From Octopus sinensis (lineage: Eukaryota), in contig NC_042997.1 in assembly GCF_006345805.1 (NCBI RefSeq), positions 162,564,001 through 162,628,000 on the forward strand: DNA of 64,000 nucleotides, in the 5' to 3' direction. Positions 38,404 to 49,224 of the stretch are shown here, piece by piece; positions within the stretch are counted from its first letter, which is position 1; every line of letters starts with the position of its first letter. The notes under the pieces were generated by a model. It saw nothing but the letters and a program-made list of their open reading frames with translations, searched no databases and was not told where the DNA came from. The position numbers were made by a program, and so were the translations under genes.

Positions 38404-40996
38404 GTAAGCATAATAATCATTCCTTATTAACTTATAAATCCCAGTCAGTGTTCAGAAAAATTTTAATAGTCTTGGCCCCAGGCCCATGCTGGATTATCAA
38501 TTTTGCCAGATTAAAAATGGTCATGCAATTGTAATTCAGAGTAAATTCTCAGAAGACAGCTAGTAATTTTCTCCCAACTACCACATCACTAGTAATTTTA
38601 TCTCAACTAAACTTTTATGACACATCTTTTTTATTCACTAGAAACTTGTTATAAAGTTAGAAGCATCCTTCTAATCCTTAAACTAAATAATATGTAAATA
38701 CAAATATTTAAAATAAAGTCTGATGCCACACACTAACCGCCTAAGCACTGGACCCCTGCCAGATCCTGTCTTGAAATGTAACTTCTCGTTCATAGAAGAG
38801 CACTGTTTTCTCAACACTGAATGTAAGTTAATTTCCTTTTCACAGAAAGGGGGTCTTTAAAGAGTCAACACATGGTGTTAGATCTAGTTTTAAACATTTG
38901 CATCTTCATATTAATATAGTTTGGTGTGGAGACAGTGTTTATGCATGTATTGTATATTACCATAAATGAATGTGTCCTGAAAGCCTGGTAGTGACAATGT
39001 TATTAATAATGGTTTCAAATTCTGCCACAAGGGCAACCTATGTTATTAATAATGGTTGCAAGAAATTTAAGTATCCTCCCATGAAAAATTATGTCCAGAT
39101 TTCAAGATATGTTATATTGTCAATTGGTGGAAAATCACTAGAGTTTCTGCATTTGGCATGTATAGTTTCTCCATTCCGGTTAAAGAATTAAAATATTAAA
39201 TGATTGACTAAATGTTCCAATCACAAGACCATTCTGGTTAAGAGATTAACCTGTGGAATAAAGAAAATTATCTTTTTGCGTATACTATGTGACAATAACC
39301 TTATGGTTAAGAAGTTTTTCTTCAATCCCACTGCTGACATATTTTATGGGTAGTCTCTTTCGTAACCTCAGGTTGACCAAAGCATTGCAAATGGAATAGG
39401 ATTGTAGTTAAAAACTGTGGAAGCTCGGCAAATGCGTGTGCGTGCGTGCGTTCATGTGTGTTTGCGTCTGTTTATGGAAATGGATGTGACGAGTTGCTTC
39501 CCTTTATCTAGCAACCGTAACTTTGCACTTTATTAAAGTAACAGACTGTTAACAACGTAAATATCACTAAAGCCTCTGAAGACTGTACCTCGGCTTAGCC
39601 ACAGCCCAGTGACTGAAATCAACAAAAGAATAAAAGAATGTATTGAGTTTTCTTTCTAATTACACTATAAAGAGAAAGAAAAAGTCACTAATCATCCCAA
39701 TATTTGTATGCTCATTGCTATTAAATATCTGTTGTTTTGAAATTAAACAAAGGGATGCGTTTATGTCAAATAACTAAATAAATAAATAAAAAAAACTCAG
39801 CGAAGTCATTTGCTGTTGGTTGATGGTACCTGTAGAAGAAGTGGTTAGGTTACCTCTTTGGATAATGCCTTGTCAGTGATATACTGCAAGCTATTGACTC
39901 TACAACTCTATTGCTTCTTCCAGTCCACTACCTTTTCGTATTTCTTTTTAGTATGCTTTTGGCATTTAATTCACCCCATTCTCTTCTGTATAATAAGGAA
40001 TGGATAAAAGCACAGTGTTTCACTATTAATTCAAACTCATCATGATGGTAGTGAAACCTCTCAGATTATAAAATATATATCCGTCCAACCCATGCTAGCA
40101 TGGAAAACGGACGTTAAACGATGATGATGATGATATTAGCGACAGGAGTAGTGTTAATACTGAGAGGTAAAGTTTATCCCCACTTATTAATATTTATTCT
40201 AGCTGAACATCCACATTTAAGTGAGGTTGAATATTCTTTTCTACTCTAAGTGCAAGGCTCGAAAATTTTGGGGAAGGTGGCCAGTTGATTAGATCAACCC
40301 AAGTACGCAACTGGTACTTAATTTATTAACCCTGAAAGGATGAAAGGCAAAGTCGACCCCAGCAGAATTTGAACTCAGAACGTAAAGACAAACGTAATAT
40401 GCTAAGCATTTCGCTCAGCGTGCTAACGTTTTTTTCCCAGCTCACCACCTTAGTGAAGATAACTATTAGCTCTCAGATTATAATGGTTATACTTGCTCTG
40501 AATTCAATAAATGTTAACATGCTACAGGCAGAAATGTGACTATGTGGTTAAGAAGGTTGCTTCTTTACTGCATGGTTCAGGGTTCAGTCCCACTGCATGG
40601 CACCTTGGCAAATATCTTCTATGTATAGCCTTAGATTTCGTAAATGAGAGCTGAATGAAGCCCATCACGTGTGTGTGTCTTTGTGTGACAATAATAAAAT
40701 GATTGTCATTGTCATACAAGCAGTGTCATTCATTTCCATTATTCTGCAAGAACATGTCTAGCCATAGGGAAATATCACCTTACCTGGAAACGAGTGAGGG
40801 TTGGTGATAGGAAGGACATCCAGCCTAGGAATTCTGCTTCAATAAACTCTGACTCATGCAAGCATGGAAAAATGGATGTTAAAATGATAATGATAACAAT
40901 GATGATGACAGTGATGATATATTTTGATATGAAATTTTATAAATTATTTGATTTGTATATCGTGGTAATTCTGGTTTATGTTGAATGTACTTTCAG

Positions 40997-41112
40997 TTTG
41001 CTTCAGCAAAGAGAGACACCGAATACAGACTGAAACAAAGTTTATGAACGAAATTCGTCAGCTGCGACAACGTTTGGCTAGAGAGAGTTACCAACAGAAA
41101 CCACCATCATAA
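40997..41112 (+). CDS. TBC1D31: TBC1D31 terminal coding exon
   Basis: (F)CFSKERHRIQTETKFMNEIRQLRQRLARESYQQKPPS*; resembles human C-terminal VRNLRQRL; TAA at 41110-41112. Confidence 0.85.
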
Positions 41113-41418
41113 CATCAACACGTTACTATGATATTCTGACAAAGCTTTTCTCTCAGATACTTCTTGAGGAATTATGAGTTTACAAATGCAAGTTTGAGTT
41201 TGAACATCATTGTATATGACAGAACTAACTGCTCATTTGTGTGGTTTAGGTTGCTGCCATTATCATTAAGTAGCTTCAAACAAGTCTTCTTGAACAGTGT
41301 GGATACTTAGATGTAAATAATAGACATTGTTTGCTAGAGGTCATACTTCCATCTGTTCAGCTCTGCATCATACATGCTGTCATTAGTGTTACTGAGTTTA
41401 TATATATATATATATATA

Positions 41419-41991
41419 TTGGGTTGTCCGGAAAGTTTGTGTCGATTTTGAAAGGAAAGAAAAAGGTCAATAAATACTTGCCATTACATTTTTAATCAAC
41501 CAAATATGAACCATTTTGTTGCACAATGCATCTCCATCTTTCCTTTAACTTAAAAATACCCTCTTCCCAGAATTGAGGTGGTTTCATGGCAAGGAATTCA
41601 TCGAGGTATCTTTTTATGTCATCCAAGGAATTGAAATTTTTACCATTAAGACTATTCTGCAGAGACCTGAATAAGTGCTGAATATTGCTCCGAAGAAACA
41701 ATATCTGGTGAATATGGAGGGTGGGGTAACACATCCCAGCCGAGCCGCAGCAGTATTTGTCTGGTTCCCAAAGCATCAAGTGCCGAAAATGAACTTTCTT
41801 ATCTTCCATTTTAAAGGGTTACAGAATTAACACAGATTATAGGAACATGAACCTTCTTCCACGAAAAGATAGCTTAAACTGTGCTCTAAATGGAGGTGTA
41901 GTCAAATCCTATTTTATGGACTTAACCATGTTCTAAAATAAGTCGAAAGGTAAGCTACTATAAATCGGCACGAACTTTCCGGACAACCCAA
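41419..41991 (-). mobile_element. Internally deleted mariner transposon (573 bp)
   Basis: 30-bp TIRs TTGGGTTGTCCGGAAAGTT(T/C)GTG(T/C)CGATTT with 2 mismatches, TA flanks; MEDKKVHFRHLMLWE fused to GWDVLPHPPYSPD...HLFRSLQNSL...ERWRCIVQQNGSYLVD. Confidence 0.96.
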
Positions 41992-44976
41992 TATATATAT
42001 ATATATGTTAACATTCACACTCACTGGTGGAACATTATTATTTGCGAAAAGTTTTTTACATACATAAGTTAAAAGCTGGAATTTAATGAGAGTAGTGGTG
42101 GTTTGCAGCAGTAAAAATTGCTTTTACTGGCAATGTTTAAAATTTCTGAGGTTTGTACAGCATTGGCAAAGGAGCTCTAGATGTTTGGGACAAAGTCCTT
42201 TTTTAAGAAGAGAGAAAAAGATTATATTTTTATCTCTTTGTCTGTAGTCCATGCAAGTTTGAACATTGTGTGCACTAAGGACAAAACAGGCTTTTCTCTC
42301 TTTCCCCAAAGAACTTTGTAGGAAACACTGGATATTCTCCCCGCCAGTGGCATTTGAACTTAAATTATTGCATCCCATCAAAAAGGGCACCAAAGAATAA
42401 TAAATCAAAGAGGAAGAGGAGGAGGACAATGACATAAATATATTATAATTTTAACTACATATTTTATCTGTTTTACTTATGAATTTGCTTTGTATATGCT
42501 TATATTTATTTATATTGAGTATTACATAATATACACATGAAATAATAATACCTACCTGATTTTTAATTATAAGTTAGGGTTGTAACATATAACTAAATAC
42601 TTTTTATTTTAACTCATCAAAAATGAATTAAATTTACATCTTCTAATATAATTTCTTTTTCTAATAAATTTCTTTAAATGATTTTATGATATTTTCTTTT
42701 CTGTTAAAACTTTTCTTTAAATTTGCAAGTGTTGACTTGTTTGTATCTAGTGTTCCCTGACTGGCTCCCATGCCAGTGGCATGTAAAAAGCACCATCCGA
42801 ATGTGGCCAATGCTAGTACCCACTGATTGGCTCGCATGCCGGTGACACGTAAAAAGTACTATCCAAATGTAATTGATGCAAGGTCTGCCTGACTGGCTCG
42901 CATGCAAGTGGCACATAAAAGCACTGTCCAAACATGGCCGATGCCAGTACCCACTGACTGGGCATGTAAAAAGCACTATCCGAAAGTGATCGATGACAGG
43001 CCTGCCTGACTGGTTCCTGTGCCAGTGGTACATAAAAAGCACCCTTCTACACTTTTGGAGTGGTTGATGTTAGGAAAGGCATCCAGCTGTAGAAACATTG
43101 CCAGATCAGATTGGAGCCTGGTGCAGCCGCTGGCTCTCCAGACCTCAGTCAAACCGTCCAACCCATGCCAGCATGGAAAACGGACGTTAAACAATGATGA
43201 TGATGATGATGGGGCCAGTTGATTAGATCGACTCCAGTATGCAACAGGTACTTAATTTATCAACCCCTGAAAGGATGGAAAGTCAACCTCAACGGAATTT
43301 GAACTCAGAATGTAAAGACAGACAAAATACCGCTAAGCATTTTGCCCAGCGTGCTAACGTTTCTGCCAGCTTGCTGCCTTGTACCTGTCTTACATTATTC
43401 AATGACCATGTTACCTTTAAGAAACTTTTTTCCTAATTACCAAAATGAAAAATTCTCCTAGCTTGTCAGCTATTTGCGATGAGTGGATGACAACAAAATC
43501 AGTAATGGTGTGCCCCTCTAGTGACCGTTTATGGTTTCGTAAACCATTAATGCCAGAAATATAAGTTTTACATCCTGTACAGCAGTTATCTTGACTCAAA
43601 TATAAACAACTATACAGCTGATTTGAAAGCAGATAAGACTGAAATATAGTCATGACATAGACTGTCACAAAGTTGTATTTACATGTACAGAATCATACAT
43701 TTTCCACTACAAAAATCACCTTAAAATATCTTTCAACAAGATCACTCAGAGAGCGCAAATCTCTGCCAAGGCAATACCAATATCCTCTCAATGATTAACC
43801 TGAGATGATTTCTAAAATGAGAATGTATGAAATAAAGTTGACTTCTCTCACAAACGAGAATACTAAAAATGAACCTGACTGCTCTCAAAAATTAAGTAAA
43901 AAAACAGGAAAAAAATCCAGAATGCTTGTCCGGTACTGAATCAATCCCAAAATCTAATCAGTTCGTGCCAGTCACAAGGCCAAACATCCCTGAAAGTTTC
44001 ATACGTTCTGAGTAATATAAAGCTTTACTTTCATAAATCTCATGTTACTCTCCTGGTTGAAAACATTGGGAATGTGTATCATATATGGACACTAAGGAAA
44101 TCAGGGGTGGGAGCAGGACTGATGGGCATGTGGCTCCACACCCCTCAAGAAAAGAGGTGCACCCATCTAAGTAATGTTATTTCACCCTTTTCTCATGGAA
44201 TTGTATTCCCTTTTGACCGTGTGCCCTCCCTTCAAAAAATTCCTGGGACTGCACCTGGAAATATACCCTGTGCATTACATGTGACATGCAGAACAGGCAA
44301 AGGGTCAAACAACTAATGGACCTTACTACTCTCTTGTTATTTGCTGCTCTTTTGTGAGCTCACAACTGCCTGAAGTTGATACTACTATTCCTCAAGTTAA
44401 GAACCACTGCTACAAATGAACATCATACAGAACAGGTCTTAAATTGTGGACAATGATTTTTAGTAAAGAATGAAAAGTTGGATTAGGGTGTAAATATTTA
44501 ACCTTTGACAGATCTCACAATTTTCCATCATCTTCCTTTGAGATCTCGCAATCATAACAACAAAAACCTGCTACCAAAGACTGGCTTTCCTCATCAACAT
44601 TAGAATGTACTTCAGCTCTAATTAGATGTTGACTTTCTACAAAGTTCAAGTATAAACAACAATGGAGTACTGTTGTCAGGTTGCTACTCTACACATTTCC
44701 TAGATCACTTCAAAAGGAAACAGATTATTTGGCTGCATCTCACTCGCCATCACTCTACAACCACTAATCCACAGATATTCTCTGTGTGTGTATGTGTGTG
44801 TTCATTTCCATTTCACTTCAAGAATATCAGTCATACCTTAATAAAAGTAGTAATGTCGCACACTAATTTATTTTGGTATATACATATGTATGATCAATAG
44901 TTCATATATCTGAAAAAGAAGCACACTCTAAAACAGAACAATAAAATATTTAGAAGGTTGTTTGTTATGGCCAGTT

Positions 44977-45385
44977 AATAATAATAATTATAATAATAAT
45001 GAAATTATAGTATACCATGCTCAGGTGCACCATAACTTGTCAAAAAGTGCGTATAAAGTATATGCAGTAATGTACAAATGTCTGGAAAGCGAACAGTGTA
45101 TGAGTCAGATACATGTTTGCGTGTGTATGGAGGGGAGAAAATCAGGTGTAGTGTTGGCGAATCTCAGGAAGCATGGAAGTTTTGAAGGATGCAGTGCTCC
45201 GACAACTAACAACTGATGCTGGCAGTTTGTTCCATGCTTCAGCAACTCTTAGCGTGAAAAAATGTTTCTGAAAGTCATGGGAGTTGTGCTGTTTTCTGAC
45301 TTTGTAAACATGTTCACGGGTGTTAGACAGGTTGAGTTTGAAAAGGTGCTCACAGTTATCATTTGTAAGATGGTTAGAGAGTGAC
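44977..45385 (-). mobile_element. CR1/L2-type LINE 3' end with (ATT)n tail
   Basis: Minus strand NTREHVYKVRKQ...QKHFFTLRVAEAWNKLPASVV...SFKTSM*, then 3' UTR and ATT repeats. Confidence 0.85.
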
Positions 45386-45639
45386 TATTGGTTTCACACC
45401 TTTAAAATACTTAACTGTATAGGAAGCTTGTCAGACTCAAATGGTCAGAGGCACATAACCTTTCTACAGCTGGAGGGAAAAAAATGTCATGGTCAGTTAG
45501 TTTTGTAAACAAAAGATATCAAGAACAATACCCTTCCAGTAAACTTTCAAGTAGGGTGGGGTAATCGCCTTTACATTGGTTCCAGTCATGTCTAAGGATT
45601 TTTAAAGCTAGTGGTGTGTTCCTATTCAGCAAATTCCAA

Positions 45640-46640
45640 GTTTGCAACAGGAAACACCTCTGATTAGGGCATTGATTAAACACTTCTTTTCTGGAGCTTA
45701 AAGAGGTCTCCAGATCAAGTGAGTTTTTCAGGATCCCTGCTCTCTTGGCCAAGCAAAGCTTACATCATTTGCTCCTGTTGAGGTATGGCCCCGATGTTCT
45801 AAGAGCTTCCATTTAATTATGTATGGCATGTCCTCCTATTTAAAACACCACACATAGTTGGCCAGGGATGTGATGTTGTGCATCTCTAGTATCCTAAATG
45901 AGGACCTGTAGTTACTCAGGTGCTGCTTAAAGGGGTCACCTATGGAACTGCCATGTTTCAATGTCTGTGTACTTGCACTGGTGGTGTTATAGCTGCTGTT
46001 GTTGCTATTGTTAACTCTGCTGCTGGGCCTGATGCAGGTGCTGCTGCTGTTGTTGTTAAGCAACAAGACAGGTAAGGGTGATTTAGTGATGGTCTAGGGC
46101 TTAGGGGCGGGAGACCCCAAACCATGGAAAAAAAAACTTTGGTTGTCTTGTAGTCGAGGGCTCTTCGTTGACACCCAACACTACTGGGAGGTGGCCCTCG
46201 AAGTCGCTGGAAATGGAGATCTCCAGGTTCAAATTCTTGAACAGTTGCTACTGCTGCTGCTGTTGCTCCAGTCACAAGTGTTGTTGCTGCTACATCTGGA
46301 TGTTATCCTGATGCTGCAGTTGCAACTGGTGTAGCTGCCAGAGCCGGTCACCACCTCATTCTCATACACTACCCCTTCAACAGGCACTGTATGCTGACAC
46401 TGCTGGCTGCATTGCTGTTGATGTTGTAGCCATTGGTGTTGCAACCATAGCTGACTCTGCTGCTTGATGCATTACTGGTGTGGCTGCTGCCACCGCCACT
46501 GACATTGCTGTTGTTATTGGCTGATGTGTCACTGATGCTGTTGCTGTCACTGTGGTTGCCAGAGCTGGTCACCACCTCATTCTCATACACTACCCCCTCA
46601 ACAGGCAGTGTGTGAGGTTGACGTGGTGACCACTTATCAA
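45640..46640 (-). mobile_element. Penelope-like element remnant, GIY-YIG endonuclease region
   Basis: PVEGVVYENEVVT (twice); GDPFKQHLSNYRSSFR...SLANYVWCFK*...KWKLL...CKLCLAKRAGILK...SRKEVFNQCPNQRCFLL, the pattern typical of the PLE EN C-terminus; has stops and frameshifts. Confidence 0.78.
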
Positions 46641-47787
46641 CACACTCCAACACTCCTATACTGTCTTCTCATCCTGTCTTTTCTACCACACCTGCTGTGG
46701 CCTCAATTCTTCAGACCTGGCTGATGTTGACTCACTTCCAACAAAACCTATTTGATTCACTTATTCTTTTATTCTTTTACTAGCTTCAGTCATTTGGTTT
46801 CTGCCATGCTGGAGCACCACCTTGAAGAGTTTTAGTTGAACAACTCGACCCAGGACTTATTTTTTTAAGCCTAGCAATTATTCTATTCATCTCTTTTGCC
46901 AAACCACTAACTTATGGGGACATAAACACACCAACACTGGTTGTCAAGTGGTAATGGGGAGACAAATACAAACACACACACACACATACATATATATATG
47001 ATGGGCTTCTTTTCATAACCCATATTGTGTTTCCCTTCACGCAGGTGTTACAATAAAAAATTAACAGGTGTCACAATAACCTCGAGAACCAATCTTTTTC
47101 CCTTAGAGAATCACTTATCTGAAATTTCCCTGCTTCCTATATTTTTCCTGCAATTGTTCAAAGGAGACTAACAACACCAGTTATATTAGTCTTAAAGTGC
47201 TTTGTATAGACCCTTATTCTAGACAAACTATATATTTAAAAATGAAATTGTAAACAAAAAAAGATGATGATACTTAAAGTCATTAGACAGAACCCCACAC
47301 GAAATGCCTTGTGGTATTTATGCTGATTTCTTGCATTCTGAGTTCAAACCCCTTTCAGGTGAGCTTTGCCTTCTAGTCTTCTAGAGTCAATAAATAAAGT
47401 ATTTGTCCAGAGCAGTGAACTGACAAGATCATTCAAGTATCAAATGGGATGACTTCCACCTTACCTTATTTGGGTGATTGTCTAAATTCATTGCCCAATT
47501 TAATACTACCAGCTGGTCCTTGGATGCCCCAGAGTTCACTCAGTCGCAAACAAGTAAGCCAAGCTGCAGGTTTGAAGTTACCTTTCTCCCTCTCAAAGGA
47601 CTAGTAAAGGGCTATGGTCACTATCCTTCCTGCTCGACTAAACATTAAATATAAAAGGTCAATAGTGATTGAGCAGACTTATGACTAAAGGTCATCTATT
47701 TGTTGCCATCCCATGTTTTTAGAGGCATCTAAATCTACATTATATAATATATCTTACTCTTATTAAGATGCTAGAGGTTTGATTTAA

Positions 47788-48007
47788 CCCTTTCATTACC
47801 AACCCGGCTGAAACCGGCTCTGGCTCTGAGTACAAATGTCTTGTTTTCATAAATTTTGAATTAAAATCTTCTACCAAACCTTAGTCACAATTTATGTTCC
47901 CAACACTAGCTGAATGATAATTAAGTTATTTTACTAAATTCTTTGTTATGTTTAAAGTAATTGAAAGAAACACGGAGCATCTCAAAATAAATACAGTAAT
48001 GAAAGGG
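47788..48007. mobile_element. piggyBac-type MITE, second family
   Basis: TTAA|CCCTTTCATTAC...GTAATGAAAGGG|TTAA, perfect 12-bp TIR and TTAA TSD. Confidence 0.92.
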
Positions 48008-48746
48008 TTAAGGAAAATTAGGCTGCTGTTTCTTGCAGGTTAAGTGACCATATTGAGTCACTACCATTGGCTTGTAATAAGTCCATGATGATACAGCTGC
48101 TGTCAAAGTATGAGAAGAAATGGTGAAACCAAGCAGAGGCTTTTGCTTTGTTCATTTTCTTTCTTTGCTTTTTTTTTTTAATTTTTTTTTTTTTAAGATC
48201 GTAATCTATCTGATATCATTTTTGTACTTGTCACAAATTAACACTGAGGAAATCAGTGTTAACACGATGTGAAAAAAAAATTTGACATTTATATCTAGGG
48301 CCAGTTAATGTAATGACTCACCAGATTCCCTCAGCATTTCCAACATTAATGTCACACACACACACACATACCACAATACAACACACAACAGAACTGTCTC
48401 TCATTACATTATTGGCAAATGTATCATTCTATCCTTAGTTGGAAATGCTGTACTTTTTACTTTTTTTTTTTCCACTAAAGCTCTGAAATAAAGTCTATCA
48501 CATATTTTTTTTATATTTCAATAGCTGCAAGTTTAACTCTAAATAAAATATATGAAATAATTATGTTGAAAATAATCTAAGTATAGTTTATAAAAAAATT
48601 TCAAAACAATACAAGGTTGTATCAATAATAATTTCTTTCTGGCCTTGGGAAACAGGTGAGGGTTGGTGTCAAGAAGAGCATCCAGCTGTAGAAATCAGCC
48701 TCAGCAAATTCTGCCTGAACCTTGCAAAGATGTTGAAATGAATGTT

Positions 48747-48916
48747 AAGTGGTAGTGGTGGTGGTAGAGTGGTGGTGGTGGTGGTGGTGGTGGTGGCAGT
48801 TGCAATGATGGACACAAAGCCACAAATTTGGAGATGGAATTAGTTGATTAAGTTGACTGTTACGTTATTTATCAGCCTCATGAGGACGAAAGATAAAGTT
48901 GAATGTGTCAAGATTT
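48747..48916 (+). repeat. Local duplication, copy 1 (copy 2 at 51451-51664)
   Basis: (GGT)n plus diverged SINE fragment nearly identical between the two sites. Confidence 0.9.
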
Positions 48917-49182
48917 GGACTCAGACTGTTACTGAATAGTGTGGATTTAACATTCTCTGTCTCTTCCATCTTATACTTCTTCTACATATTGATTCTAACT
49001 TAGAGAATGGGATGTGCTTGGTTGCAGAAATGATATTATTATAACATTGTTTAACCCCAGGTCAACCCCGAACAGACTTATAATGAAAAGCATTCTACCT
49101 GCAACCTTTGCATTTTTTTCAGATACAGTTTATTTTCTTTATTATTCAATATGTCCTCTTTTAAAAAATATAGTAGGGTATG

Positions 49183-49224
<42 letters not shown>

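Noticed and set aside
5002-40996. U12-type introns in TBC1D31
   Set aside because: None of the 19 donors matches RTATCCTT; all are GT-AG U2-type
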